Shown here in pieces: positions 9,013-20,200 of a DNA stretch of 64,000 nt (its first letter is position 1; every line of letters starts with the position of its first letter). A program made the translations under genes and the position numbers. Source of the stretch: a virus. Its lineage: Duplodnaviria; Caudoviricetes. Location of the stretch: positions 12,034 to 76,033 of the IMG/VR virus record IMGVR_UViG_3300012979_000036. The stretch is one strand, 5' to 3'. The notes below the pieces were generated by a model that was given only the letters and a program-made list of their open reading frames with translations, had not been told where the DNA came from and did not search any database.

Positions 9013-11051
9013 TTTATTTAGTAACTGGTAATTTACAATTATTTGAATCGCATGAATATAGTTTAATTTCTTTAGAAGAATCTCTAAATAAATTATCAAC
9101 TTGGAAAATGTTTCAATTTGATAGTGAAACAACTGGTAGAAATCCTCACATAAATGATTTTTTATGTATACAATTTGGTAATATTGAAGGTACAGAACAA
9201 ATAGTAGTAGATACTACGACTGTGAATGTGCTTAATTATAAAGATTATATAGAATCTAATTTTATGATTGGTCAAAATCTTAAATTTGATATTCAATTTC
9301 TTTATAAATATAGCATTATACCAAGAAAAGTATATGACACTATGATAGTAGAACAACTATTATATATGGGTTATCCTGCAGGTATAATATCATACTCTTT
9401 AAAAGCAATTGCTGATAGGTACTTAGGAATTGATATTGATAAATCAGTTAGAGGTGAAATTATTTGGAGAGGATTAGATACTAGTGTTATTAAATATGCT
9501 GCTGGAGATGTTCAATTTCTTGGAAATATAATGAAATTACAACTTAAAGAATGTGATAAAAAAAATTGTAAAATAGGAGCTAAATTAGAATGTGATTTTG
9601 TACCTGTAATAGCATATCTTGAATGGTGTGGAATAAAACTTGATAAAAATAAATGGAGAGCTAAAATGATGAATGATAATATTAAATTACAAAACGCTCT
9701 TAATAATCTTAATAATTATTGTATAAATCATCCTAAATTACAAAAATGGGTTTATGTTGATTTACAAGGAGATTTATTTTCAGGTTTTAATACAGATCCT
9801 CAATGGAAAATAGATTGGCAAAAAGATGAAGCAAAAGAAGTATTTAAAACTTTAGGATTTAAACTAGATACAATAAGTAAAACAACTAAAAAAGAAACAG
9901 AATCAGTTACAGAAAAATTATTATCTGTTCAAAAAGGAATAGATGATGTATTTTTAAAACTTTATTTTGATTATCAAGGATATTATAAAGTAACTACTTC
10001 ATTTGGTCAAGGTCATTTAAATCTTATTAATCCTATTACTGGTAGAATTCATACTAATTATTGGCAAATTGGAACCGCTTCTGGTAGAATGTCTAGTGGA
10101 AGTGGCGAGGATTCAGATATAGCAAAATTAAAAAAGTTACCTTCTAGTAAAGTTAAAATGGTAAATATGCAACAATTACCACATGATGCTGAAACTAGAA
10201 GCTGTTTTGTTGCAGAAGAAGGTAATTTATTTTGTTCTTGTGACTATGCAGCAATGGAAGCTAGAATAGGAGCAGAAGTATACAATGAAAAAACACTATT
10301 AGATGAGTTTCTTTACGGCTCTGGAGATACTCATGCTGCTTATGCTAAAGTAGTATTTGCAGATGAGCTTAAAGATGTAGCAGTAAAAGATATTAAAAAA
10401 GTAAGACCCGATTTAAGAAATAAAGTTAAATCTGTAGAATTTGCTGTTCAATTTGGATCAGATGGTACAGCTGTTGCTCCTCAATTAGGTATTCCAGTAG
10501 AAGAAGCTAGACAGTTAGTTAATAATCTTCTTAAAGGAATGACAGGATTAGCTAATTTTAAAAGAATAGGTAGTCAAAATGTTAGAAAATTAGGTTATGT
10601 AGAAGCCCATCCTTTAACAGGGCATAAATGCTATTGGTGGGATCATCAAAAATGGCTAGAAAGACAAGCATCATTTACATCAGAATTTTGGGATAATTAT
10701 AAATTATATCATAAAGGAACAGATAGTGCTATAGCTAAAGAAGTTAAAGAACATTTTCAAGCTGCTTCTAAATGGGATAGAATGGCATTAAATATTCCAA
10801 CACAAGGCGGAGGCGCTATTGTATTGAAAGAAGCTTCTATAAGACTGTTTAATTGGATAATTGACAATAACTATTTTAATAAAATACTATTAGTAAATTT
10901 AACTCATGATGAAATTAATTCAGAATTCCCTAAAGAAGTAACAGAATGGCCTTCTATTGTGGCTAAAACAATGCAAAATGCTGCTGCTAAATATTACTAT
11001 AAATTACCTATTCCAGCAGAAGCAGAAGTATCAACTTGTTGGGTACATTAA
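9009..11051 (+). CDS. polA: Family A DNA polymerase with 3'-5' exonuclease (no 5'-3' exonuclease)
   Basis: ExoI DSETTG, ExoII GQNLKFD, ExoIII YAAGD; TASGRMSS; motif A DYAAMEAR; motif C THDE. Confidence 0.93.
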   Translation: MIYLVTGNLQLFESHEYSLISLEESLNKLSTWKMFQFDSETTGRNPHINDFLCIQFGNIEGTEQIVVDTTTVNVLNYKDYIESNFMIGQNLKFDIQFLYKYSIIPRKVYDTMIVEQLLYMGYPAGIISYSLKAIADRYLGIDIDKSVRGEIIWRGLDTSVIKYAAGDVQFLGNIMKLQLKECDKKNCKIGAKLECDFVPVIAYLEWCGIKLDKNKWRAKMMNDNIKLQNALNNLNNYCINHPKLQKWVYVDLQGDLFSGFNTDPQWKIDWQKDEAKEVFKTLGFKLDTISKTTKKETESVTEKLLSVQKGIDDVFLKLYFDYQGYYKVTTSFGQGHLNLINPITGRIHTNYWQIGTASGRMSSGSGEDSDIAKLKKLPSSKVKMVNMQQLPHDAETRSCFVAEEGNLFCSCDYAAMEARIGAEVYNEKTLLDEFLYGSGDTHAAYAKVVFADELKDVAVKDIKKVRPDLRNKVKSVEFAVQFGSDGTAVAPQLGIPVEEARQLVNNLLKGMTGLANFKRIGSQNVRKLGYVEAHPLTGHKCYWWDHQKWLERQASFTSEFWDNYKLYHKGTDSAIAKEVKEHFQAASKWDRMALNIPTQGGGAIVLKEASIRLFNWIIDNNYFNKILLVNLTHDEINSEFPKEVTEWPSIVAKTMQNAAAKYYYKLPIPAEAEVSTCWVH

Positions 11052-11062
11052 AAATTAACAAT

Positions 11063-11293
11063 ATGAAAGAAAAAGAAATGGTAAATCATCCACAGCATTA
11101 TGCTGTAAATGGTATGGAATGTATTGATGCAATGCTACAATTGTATGGTAAAGATGCTGTATTAAACTTTTGTATGCTTAACTCATTTAAATACCAATGG
11201 AGATGTAATAGAAAAGATAATTGCAAAGAAGATTTAGCTAAAGCTAGATGGTATCTTAATAAATATTTAGAACTACTTGAACAAGATGAATAA
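11063..11293 (+). CDS. DUF3310 (SaV-like) protein
   Basis: VNHPQHY...ECIDAM...KYQWR...EDLAKARWYL. Confidence 0.85.
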   Translation: MKEKEMVNHPQHYAVNGMECIDAMLQLYGKDAVLNFCMLNSFKYQWRCNRKDNCKEDLAKARWYLNKYLELLEQDE

Positions 11294-12833
11294 AGTTTTA
11301 TTTAATAAAGAAGCGTTTGATATATTAAAAGAAGGAGTCGATACATTATGTAATGCTGTTAAAGTTACTTTAGGTCCAAATGGTAAAAATGTTTTAATAT
11401 TTAATAACTATGGTGATGCCCATCTTACTAAAGATGGCATCACTGTAGCCAATAATGTTAAATCTGATGATCCTATTATTAATGGTATTATTAATGTTGT
11501 AAGAGAGGCTTCTGCTAATAATGCTAAATCTGTAGGAGACGGAACAACTACTACTTTAGTATTAACTCAAGCTATATTTAATGACGGTCTCAATCTTCTT
11601 GAAGAAGGAGTTAATCCTACTCTATTAAAAGAAGGAATGGATGAGGCTTTAAAAGATATTATTATTGAAATAGAAAAATCTTCTGAAAAAATTAACATTG
11701 ATGACAGAGAGAGACTTAAACAAATTGCTTATATATCAGCTAACAATAAACATGATGTGGCTGATACAGCAGTTGAAGCTGTGTCAATTGCAGGCGAATC
11801 GGGTGTTATTAGAATTGAAGATTCGAGAACTTCAGATACAACTGTTAAAGCTACAAATGGATTAACATTTGATAGAGGTTATTTATCACCATATTTTGCT
11901 AATGGAAATACGACAATTACTTATGAAAATCCTATTATTTTTGTATCGAATATAGAACTTACTAATAATACATTAGTAACTCTTATGAAAGATGCAAAAG
12001 CTGAAAATAAACCTCTTATTATTATAGCTCCTGATTTTAATGAGAATATATTTACAACAATGTATAAAAATCATATCGCTGGAGCTGTACAAATTTGTCC
12101 TATTAAATGTCCAGGATTTGCAGGTAATAGAGAACAATGGTTAGAGGATATTTGTATTTATTCAGAAGCAACTCTGTATAAAAATAATAATGTATCTCCT
12201 ATTAATAATATTGGTAATGTAGATAAAATTATTATTAGTAAAAACGAAACTTCTTTGATTCATAGTGATATGAGAAAAGGAGTATTTGAGCATCTTCGTT
12301 TGTTAGATAAACAGTTAGATGATGCTACAGAGCAATATGAAATTGATAATATCAGAGAAAGAAGAAGTAGATTAGCAGGTAATGTTGTAACTATTTATGT
12401 AGGAGCAACTACAGAGTTAGAACTTAAAGAAAAGAAAGACAGAATTGAAGATGCAGTATGTGCATTACAAACTGCTCTTAAAGGTGGTATTTCTGAAGGT
12501 GGTGGTATGACTTTTGCTAAAATAGGATTAAATTTAAATTGTTCAGAAGAAAACGAAGATGATTTTATAGATGGGTATAATCTTATTAAAAATATTTTAT
12601 TAAAACCATTTGAACAATTATGCGTTAACTCTGATAATAATTATTCTGTACTATCAGCAGCTTTATATGCAGCAGAAAATAAAGGCTTTAATTTTAAAAC
12701 TCAACAATGGGAAAACTTTAAAGAAACTGGTGTAATTGATCCTACTTTAGTTTTAAAGAATGCTATTACTAATGCTATAGGCATTGCTTCAAACTTATTA
12801 ACTACTAATTGTATAACTTATAAAGAATCATGA
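11277..12833 (+). CDS. groEL: Phage-encoded chaperonin GroEL-like (start 11277 or 11286)
   Basis: VTLGPNGKNV, TKDGITVA, GDGTTT, KCPGF, KDRIEDA, GGG and IDP motifs. Confidence 0.93.
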   Translation: MNKMNKVLFNKEAFDILKEGVDTLCNAVKVTLGPNGKNVLIFNNYGDAHLTKDGITVANNVKSDDPIINGIINVVREASANNAKSVGDGTTTTLVLTQAIFNDGLNLLEEGVNPTLLKEGMDEALKDIIIEIEKSSEKINIDDRERLKQIAYISANNKHDVADTAVEAVSIAGESGVIRIEDSRTSDTTVKATNGLTFDRGYLSPYFANGNTTITYENPIIFVSNIELTNNTLVTLMKDAKAENKPLIIIAPDFNENIFTTMYKNHIAGAVQICPIKCPGFAGNREQWLEDICIYSEATLYKNNNVSPINNIGNVDKIIISKNETSLIHSDMRKGVFEHLRLLDKQLDDATEQYEIDNIRERRSRLAGNVVTIYVGATTELELKEKKDRIEDAVCALQTALKGGISEGGGMTFAKIGLNLNCSEENEDDFIDGYNLIKNILLKPFEQLCVNSDNNYSVLSAALYAAENKGFNFKTQQWENFKETGVIDPTLVLKNAITNAIGIASNLLTTNCITYKES

Positions 12834-13921
12834 ATCAACTATTTAGTTTAGATGATATTGTATTAATTCCTGCGGTATTTAGTCATATAAAATCTAGGCA
12901 ACAGTGCTCTCCTTATATAAGAGAGCACTCGTTGTTGCCAGGAACTAATGCTAAACTACCATTATTTACAGCTCCTATGAGTTGTGTAATTGATGAAAAT
13001 AATTATCAAGAATTTAATAAATGGGGAATTAACACTGTTATTCCTAGAAATATTGATATTACTACAAGATTGAATATGGCTAAAGATACTTTTGTGGCAT
13101 TAGGGTTAGAAGAATTTAAACTTTTAATTGAAAGAGAATCTTTACCTTATAAAATGTATATTCTCATAGATGTTGCTAATGGTCATATGTATCAACTATA
13201 TGAATTAGCTAGATATGCTAAAGAAAAATACAAAGATAATCTTGTATTAATGGTTGGTAATATTGCTAATCCTGTAACTTATTTAGAATATTCTAAAATA
13301 GGAGTTGATTTTGTCAGAGTAGGTATAGGTACTTCTCCTGTATGTACTACTTCAGCAAATTCAGGAATACATTATCCTATGGGAAGTCTTTTAGAAAGTA
13401 TTGGAATAATCAAAGATGAAAATAAAAGACTTTTTAATAAACAAGGATGGAAATTTGCTAATATTGTAGCAGATGGTGGTTTTAGTAATTTTGATCAAAT
13501 CAATAAAGCTTTAGCATTAGGAGCTGATTTTGTAATGCTTGGTAAAATATTTGCTAAAACACAAGAGGCTTGTGGTAGAATGATGTCTGAAGTATACCCT
13601 CATAATTTAGATGTTCCTTTTACTGAGTTTATAAAAGATAAAGATATTAATACTGTTAAGTACTATAAAAGTTTTAGACATTATTATGGAATGTCTACTA
13701 AAAAAGCACAAAAAGAATTTGGTAAAGAAGGTAATAAAACTGCAGAAGGAATAGCTATTAAAATACCTGTAGAATATACTATTGCAGGATGGGTAGATAA
13801 TTTTAAGCATTATCTTCAAAGTGCTATGAGTTATACTGGACATATAACATTAGATAGTTTTAAAAATAAAGTAGAATATGCGTTAATTACTCCTAACGCA
13901 AGAATAGCTTATTTTAAATAG
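12830..13921 (+). CDS. GMP reductase / IMP dehydrogenase family protein
   Basis: DDIVLIP, LPLFTAPM, IDVANGH, VGIGTSPVCTT catalytic loop, ADGG, YYGMST, EG. Confidence 0.88.
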   Translation: MNQLFSLDDIVLIPAVFSHIKSRQQCSPYIREHSLLPGTNAKLPLFTAPMSCVIDENNYQEFNKWGINTVIPRNIDITTRLNMAKDTFVALGLEEFKLLIERESLPYKMYILIDVANGHMYQLYELARYAKEKYKDNLVLMVGNIANPVTYLEYSKIGVDFVRVGIGTSPVCTTSANSGIHYPMGSLLESIGIIKDENKRLFNKQGWKFANIVADGGFSNFDQINKALALGADFVMLGKIFAKTQEACGRMMSEVYPHNLDVPFTEFIKDKDINTVKYYKSFRHYYGMSTKKAQKEFGKEGNKTAEGIAIKIPVEYTIAGWVDNFKHYLQSAMSYTGHITLDSFKNKVEYALITPNARIAYFK

Positions 13922-13922
13922 C

Positions 13923-14531
13923 ATGTTAAAGATTAATATTACTTTGAAAGACAATCAAAAATTATACTTCACATCAGATTTACATTTAGGTCATAGAAAT
14001 GTTATTAGATTTTGTGATAGACCATATGAAAATGAAAAACAAATGAATCAATGTCTTATTGATAATTGGAATAGTACAATTACTAATAATGATATTGTGT
14101 TTATTTTAGGAGATTTGGTATGGTTTAATGATAGTCATGCTATTAAACGATTATTTGAAAGACTAAATGGTCAAGAGATATATGTGATTCCTGGCAATCA
14201 TGATCAAATGAAATCTTATCATAGAGTTGATGATCCTAGGATAAAACTGGTTAATGATATATGTACTCTTTATATTAGTACTGAAAATAATAGATATACT
14301 AAAAATATTATTGAAATAGTATGTTGTCATTATCCTCTTATGACTTGGGCACATAGAGAATTAGGTGCTATAAATCTATTTGGACATATTCATTCTGGGT
14401 GGTTAAGACCTGTTGATGGTGTAGATCAAAATCTTCCTTTATGGAAAGGTTTACAATATGATGTAGGAGTAGATAATAATAACTACCATCCTATTAGTTT
14501 GGACGATATTTTAACAGAATTAAACAAATGA
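13923..14531 (+). CDS. Calcineurin-like metallophosphoesterase
   Basis: SDLHLGH, GDL, GNHD, HYP, GHIH, DVGVD. Confidence 0.88.
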   Translation: MLKINITLKDNQKLYFTSDLHLGHRNVIRFCDRPYENEKQMNQCLIDNWNSTITNNDIVFILGDLVWFNDSHAIKRLFERLNGQEIYVIPGNHDQMKSYHRVDDPRIKLVNDICTLYISTENNRYTKNIIEIVCCHYPLMTWAHRELGAINLFGHIHSGWLRPVDGVDQNLPLWKGLQYDVGVDNNNYHPISLDDILTELNK

Positions 14532-15247
14532 AAATATTAGTTTTAGGAGATATACACGGTATGGGTTGTTGGAAACCTATCATTGAAAAAGAAAATCCTG
14601 ATTTAACTATATTTTTAGGGGATTATGTTAGTACTCACGGTTTAATAACAGAGAAACAACAAATTGATAACCTTGAAAGAATATTACAGTATAAAGAAGA
14701 AAATCCTGATACTGTAATTCTTTTAAGAGGTAATCATGACTTAGCCTCTTTATACTATTGGGCAGAATGTTATCCTATAAATGGAGAAAGAGTTGATGAG
14801 TATATGAGAAATAATGAAGAAAGGTTTCTTAATAACACTCAATGGGTTTATCTTTATAATAATATATGTTTTTCTCATGCTGGTGTATCTTCTATATGGA
14901 TGAAAAACAATAAAATTAAATCTTTAGAAGATATTAATACACTAGAACCGTCAGAGATATTTGCTTTTACAGGTAAAATGAGTGATTTTACAGGAGTATC
15001 TTCTACACAACCTCCTACATGGATTAGACCTCATACTCTTGTAGATTGTGGTTATAAAGGAGTAATTCATGTTGTGGGTCATACTAATATAGGAAATCTT
15101 ACTAACTATAAAGATATTTATACTAAAAGTGGTTTATATTCTCAACAAGAGTTAGATCATTTTGTTGATGTATGGTGTTGCGATAGACTTCCTATGGAGT
15201 ATCTTATTATTGAAAATGATAAATTTATAATTAAGAAAAATGGATAA
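14528..15247 (+). CDS. Calcineurin-like metallophosphoesterase
   Basis: GDIHG, GDY, RGNHD, SHAG, GHT. Confidence 0.88.
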   Translation: MKILVLGDIHGMGCWKPIIEKENPDLTIFLGDYVSTHGLITEKQQIDNLERILQYKEENPDTVILLRGNHDLASLYYWAECYPINGERVDEYMRNNEERFLNNTQWVYLYNNICFSHAGVSSIWMKNNKIKSLEDINTLEPSEIFAFTGKMSDFTGVSSTQPPTWIRPHTLVDCGYKGVIHVVGHTNIGNLTNYKDIYTKSGLYSQQELDHFVDVWCCDRLPMEYLIIENDKFIIKKNG

Positions 15248-15416
15248 ACAAGATATAATGTGTGAAACTTATAATAAAATAGCTAATGCTATATGGACTT
15301 ATAAGTGTGCACGAAATCAAAATTTAGGTCTTAGAGATCCTAAAGTAGAAAAGAAACTTGATGCTGCTGTAGTAGCATTAGGAAAACAATTAGATAAAGT
15401 ACTTAAAATTAAGTAA
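15240..15416 (+). CDS. Small hypothetical protein (58 aa; not in the ORF track)
   Basis: MDKQDIMCETYNKIANAIW...KVLKIK* fills the gap exactly between its neighbours. Confidence 0.6.
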   Translation: MDKQDIMCETYNKIANAIWTYKCARNQNLGLRDPKVEKKLDAAVVALGKQLDKVLKIK

Positions 15417-15418
15417 TT

Positions 15419-15802
15419 ATGGGACTTGATAATGGTATAATACTATATTGTTCTGATGAAGATTATCTTAAATTTCCATATCACGATCATAGAGATTTAG
15501 GACGAGAATATAAACATGTAGCATATTGGCGTAAATGTTGGAATATTAGAAGAGATATTATAAACAATCTTCATTATAAAGATGGAGATGTTTCTAATGT
15601 TGATTTAGAAGATGTTTCTACATTAATAAGATTACTTAAGCCTTATTTGAATGAAAATTATTGGAATGAAAACGATGATTCAATTTGGGATTATGATGAT
15701 ATGTTTGATAAAACATATGAAATACTTATTAATTTAGAGTATCTTAAGAAGTATTTAAAAGATAATCCTAGTGTTAAATGTGAATTTTACGATAGTTACT
15801 AA
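15419..15802 (+). CDS. Hypothetical protein
   Basis: 127-aa ORF (MGLDNGI...YWRKCW) in the operon. Confidence 0.65.
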   Translation: MGLDNGIILYCSDEDYLKFPYHDHRDLGREYKHVAYWRKCWNIRRDIINNLHYKDGDVSNVDLEDVSTLIRLLKPYLNENYWNENDDSIWDYDDMFDKTYEILINLEYLKKYLKDNPSVKCEFYDSY

Positions 15803-16749
15803 TGAAATTAATTGAAAGTTCTTATGAAATAATTCCTCAAGATGTAGGTCTTGAGGGAGTACTTAAACAAATAGAAATAGCAGCTCGTAATTGTTATAAA
15901 AGTGAGGCTTTTATTAAAGAAGGTTCTGCTGAAAAAATGGTTAATGCTCTTATTAAAAGAGGACATGGTAGCCCACTTGAACATGGTACTGTTTATTTGC
16001 ATTTTAAATATAACTCTCCCGTTAATGATATTAATTATTTAGAATATACAAAAATAGAGAGATTTTATAGAAACAATCCTTATTCTAAAGTTGTTAATAG
16101 GACAGAAGATCATTTTAATCACGATATTTATATAACTTCTAATTATAGAGTGTTAATAGAACACAATAGATTAAGTGATTTAAAATATATATGTGAGCCA
16201 ACAGAATACCATAAGAAAAGATATACTGTTAGATTTGTATGTTCTAGAAGTGTATCTCATGAAATAGTGAGACATAGATCCATGAGTTTTTGCCAAGAAT
16301 CCCAACGTTATGTTAATTACTCTCTTGACAAATTTGGTAATGAAATAACTTATATACTACCAAAATGGGCTATTGATAGAACAAATGATACAGCAGAAAC
16401 ATATGATCCATTAACTGGTTTTAGAAGAGATTATCTAATGGATATGCCTATTTTAGAAGCTGTAACTAAACATATGGTTTGTGAAGATAGAGCTATTTCT
16501 AATTGGATAGATTCTTTGAAAAAAGCAGAATCAGATTATTTCTATTTATTATGTGATGAATGCGGTTTAAAACCAGAAGAAGCTAGAGGAGTACTTCCTA
16601 ATGATTGTAAAACAGATATTATAGTAACAGGTTTTGCAAGTGATTGGGTACATTTCTTTAAACTTAGAACTGCTAATGGAGCACATCCTGATATGAGAAA
16701 TCTTGCTTGTCCATTAGAAGCAGAATTTAAACTTAAAGGGTTTATTTAA
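15802..16749 (+). CDS. thyX: Flavin-dependent thymidylate synthase
   Basis: GHGSPLEH, SHEIVRHRSMSFCQESQRY (ThyX motif), ARGVLP, FFKLR, HPDMR. Confidence 0.93.
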   Translation: MKLIESSYEIIPQDVGLEGVLKQIEIAARNCYKSEAFIKEGSAEKMVNALIKRGHGSPLEHGTVYLHFKYNSPVNDINYLEYTKIERFYRNNPYSKVVNRTEDHFNHDIYITSNYRVLIEHNRLSDLKYICEPTEYHKKRYTVRFVCSRSVSHEIVRHRSMSFCQESQRYVNYSLDKFGNEITYILPKWAIDRTNDTAETYDPLTGFRRDYLMDMPILEAVTKHMVCEDRAISNWIDSLKKAESDYFYLLCDECGLKPEEARGVLPNDCKTDIIVTGFASDWVHFFKLRTANGAHPDMRNLACPLEAEFKLKGFI

Positions 16750-16750
16750 T

Positions 16751-17059
16751 ATGGGATATTTAACTTGTTTTGATATAACACTTTTAGAAGGAAGTGAAGA
16801 TGAATTTCAAAAATTTCTAAAAGATTTAGCATTAGAATCTGATTATACAGATTTAAGAAATGGTTACTTATATGATGCTAAATGGTATGATTGGGAAAAA
16901 GATGCTTTTAATGTATCTAAACGACATCCTAATATATATTTTTTAATAGATGGAAGTGGTGAAGAAACAGGAGATATTTGGAAATATTATTGTTGTAATG
17001 GTAAATGTAAATATGTTGAACAGGTTTGGCCTGAAATAACTAAAGATGATTTAGAATAA
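16751..17059 (+). CDS. Hypothetical protein
   Basis: 102-aa ORF, last gene before a terminator. Confidence 0.6.
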   Translation: MGYLTCFDITLLEGSEDEFQKFLKDLALESDYTDLRNGYLYDAKWYDWEKDAFNVSKRHPNIYFLIDGSGEETGDIWKYYCCNGKCKYVEQVWPEITKDDLE

Positions 17060-17081
17060 TAGTTAAATGTTAATGTTGGAT

Positions 17082-17115
17082 AAGGGGAATAGTTATAATA
17101 CTATTCCCCTTTTTT
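17082..17115 (+). terminator. Intrinsic terminator
   Basis: AAGGGGAATAG/CTATTCCCCTT stem followed by a T-tract. Confidence 0.85.
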
Positions 17116-17167
17116 CTTTAACTTACTATAAATTTGATAATTACATATAAAAATATTGTTAATTTTA

Positions 17168-17198
17168 TTTGAGAATTAATAAATTCTAACTATATTTG
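17168..17198 (+). promoter_or_regulatory. Bacteroidota sigma-A-type promoter for the virion RNAP operon
   Basis: TTTG (17168-17171), 19-nt spacer, TATATTTG (17191-17198), 27 nt before the ATG. Confidence 0.75.
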
Positions 17199-17225
17199 TA
17201 CATTAAATTTTAAATAATTATAATT

Positions 17226-20200
17226 ATGATTAATTGTAGCGTATTAACACCTCATGTTAAGGAGTTAGGTAAAAAACTTAATATAGAAAATGAGACTCTA
17301 TTGAGAGGTTTATTTACTGTATGGAGAAGTAATAACCCTGATAAACTTGATAATGAGATAACAGAAGCTGATTTAAAAGAATTATTAAAAGAAAATTCTC
17401 AAATACTAGAAACTAAACCAATTAAAGTTTCTAGATTAGAAACAGATCCTAATATTATTTCAATTAATGTAAGTACTCCTAGAGCTAAACTTAATGCTTC
17501 TATAGATGCTAATCTTCAAGCTAAAAGAACAAAACTTATTGCAGATACATTTTATGATGTATGCGATGAAGCTCTTGAAGAAAAGAAAGAAGAACTAAGA
17601 GAAAAAGGAGATTTTCAAACTATTATGGAGTGGGAGTCTTCTGTATATGGTAGAGCTAAAGGTATTAAAACACTTCCTGTTAAAGATTTATTAAGAAGAC
17701 TTCAAAACAGATTTAGAGAAGCAGCTTCTATTAGTGAAGAATGGCAAAAGATTTGGGATAATTTTGTACCTCTTCTTGAAGATGCTTGTGTTCAAATTGA
17801 AAGAGATTCTGGTTTAAGACTTACTATTAAATCTTCTCTTACATCTGATGGTACTAATACTAAAAGAGAATTAGGAGGCACATTTACAGAAATTACTGAA
17901 GATGAAGATCCTAATATGCAAGATAATACTGAAGGAGAAGCCACTGATAATAATGAGCTTTGTACTTACAAAGCTAGACATACAGATCCTCATGCTACAG
18001 TATCTCTTACAACTAAACATATATTAAGAAGAATACCTCAATTAAATGAAGATTCCACTGTAAGAGAAGATGATTTAGGAAATATTGAATATGTTAATGA
18101 AGAATATGCTCATGCTGTTTTAGTACAAAAGTTATCAGAAATGAGCGATCCTGATGATTTTGCTATATTTGAAAGAGATGAAGAAGGTAATATTATCAAT
18201 CCTAGATTTCCTTTATTAGAACAAATTGCTGTAGAAGCTCCTTGGGTAACAGGTCTTATTGATATACTAGAATCAGAACCTGAAAAAATACCTGCTTTTT
18301 ATCACGACTTTAGGAATAGTTTTGTATCTTATTATATGTATAAGAATGGTATTCTTATGCCTATGAATAGATCTAATATAGTAGGTTCTACTATGGCTCA
18401 AATTAAGAGAGATTATGAGCAAGGTAATACTCTTACTTCTCATAGTATCTATGATAATATGGGTAAAATTAATCTCAATTCTGTAGAACCTCTTTCTGCT
18501 TTAAGTGTTGAAATTGAAGATTTAGTAGACGACTTAGATTCAGAAAATGAAGAAGAAGTAGCGATCGTTCTTGATAAAGCTGTAGAACTATTTAAATCTA
18601 TAGGAATGAATGTAAGAGGTAATGCTCTTAAATCTCTTTTATTAAAAGATACAAACCATACAGCTTTTAAAAATGCTCTTTCTACGGTAGATTTTATTAT
18701 AGAGCATCTTGATGAAGTAGGAGACGAACACTTGGTAACAAAGTTTAATTCTTCATATGTAGAACTTAGTAAACTTGTAGGAGATGTTTCAGATCTTGAA
18801 AACATGGCTTCTTTTAGACAAGGTAAGAAAACATATTATTCATATTCTGCTCCTAATTTTGCTGACAATCAAATAGCACAATTGAAGAAAGATTCTGCTC
18901 CTACATATATTGATAGAGAATTTGGATTTGATGAGTTCTTTTTTAAGAATGGAGAATATAGAAATAAATGGTTAGCTTGGTTAAGAACTGATGAGAATGT
19001 TAGAAAAAATCTTGCTACATTTGATTTAAAGACTATTAATTGGTTTGGAGAAAATGTAGATTACACAGAATGGACTCCCGAATTGATTGATAAAGCTTTT
19101 ATATCAGCTTATTTTTCAGCAGGTTATAACGAAGCATCTCAAACACAGTATGCGTATTATCACTATCCTATCTTCTCAGATTCTCCTGTAGCTAAGTTTA
19201 TTAAAATGCCTAGATTTACAGGTAAAATTGAAGAAATTAAAGGCAATGTTCTTCCTCTCTTAAGAGAAGTAGTACTTCAAGAATGTGATAGAATACAACT
19301 GGTGCTTGATAGAGAAAAAGCAGGAGCCGCTAAAATATCTAATTTTGATGGTAAGCGAGGTAAGCAATTCTGTTTCTTCCCACAATTAAATGGAGTTAAT
19401 CCTGAAACAGGTAATAACTATTTAACTGACATTATTGAATTTAATAAAAGTGGAGATGTTGAAGGTAGAAATGCTTACATAGAAAAAGCTCTTGATAAAA
19501 TAATGAGAGTTAATTTTATTAAGTTCTCACTTACTACAAATGCACTTACCGAAGATGAACTTAAAACTTTGGGTCATGGTCATTTAACTGCTAAAGAAGC
19601 TTTAGAAGAGTACTATTGGAATAGTGTTTATGCTCAAACGCAACTTATCCAAATGACTGCTTGTGATCTAGCTTTTTATAAAAATGCTGTAGATTTTCAG
19701 AAAAGATACAAACAAGTATATGCTGCTGGTAAGAGATTGTTTACTAATTCTAAATATGGTAGAAAATTTGAAAATGTAATCTATCTTAAAGACTTAGAAG
19801 TTACTTATTCTAAATTAGAAGCACTTAAAACTGCTCTCGAAAAAGCAGTATCTGAAGGTAGAATTTCTAAAATGGACAGAGATGCTATTTTAGATTCTTA
19901 CAGAAAAGTAAATGCTACAGATGCTCAAGGTTTTAGAAGTATGACTTCATATAGAGCTGTACTTGATATGATGGGTCAATGGAATCCTGTAATGGAAGAT
20001 GCTCTTAATAAGATTAAAGCAGGTCAATGGGATATGTCTCATTATAATATAGTATGGCAAACTATCAAACCTTTCATGTTCGGTACTACTGTAAAACCAA
20101 ATGGTAAAGGTGGTAAAATGAGAGTCATGCATCAAAATAAAGACTCTGAATTATTATTATTAGCAATGTTTGATGTTATATCAGCAGATGCTTATTCTCC

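Noticed and set aside
2650-17076. AAAT(AT)GTTAATG at ~2652 and ~17065 as a phage-RNAP promoter motif
   Set aside because: Only two short AT-rich matches, one of them just before a terminator; not distinguishable from chance.
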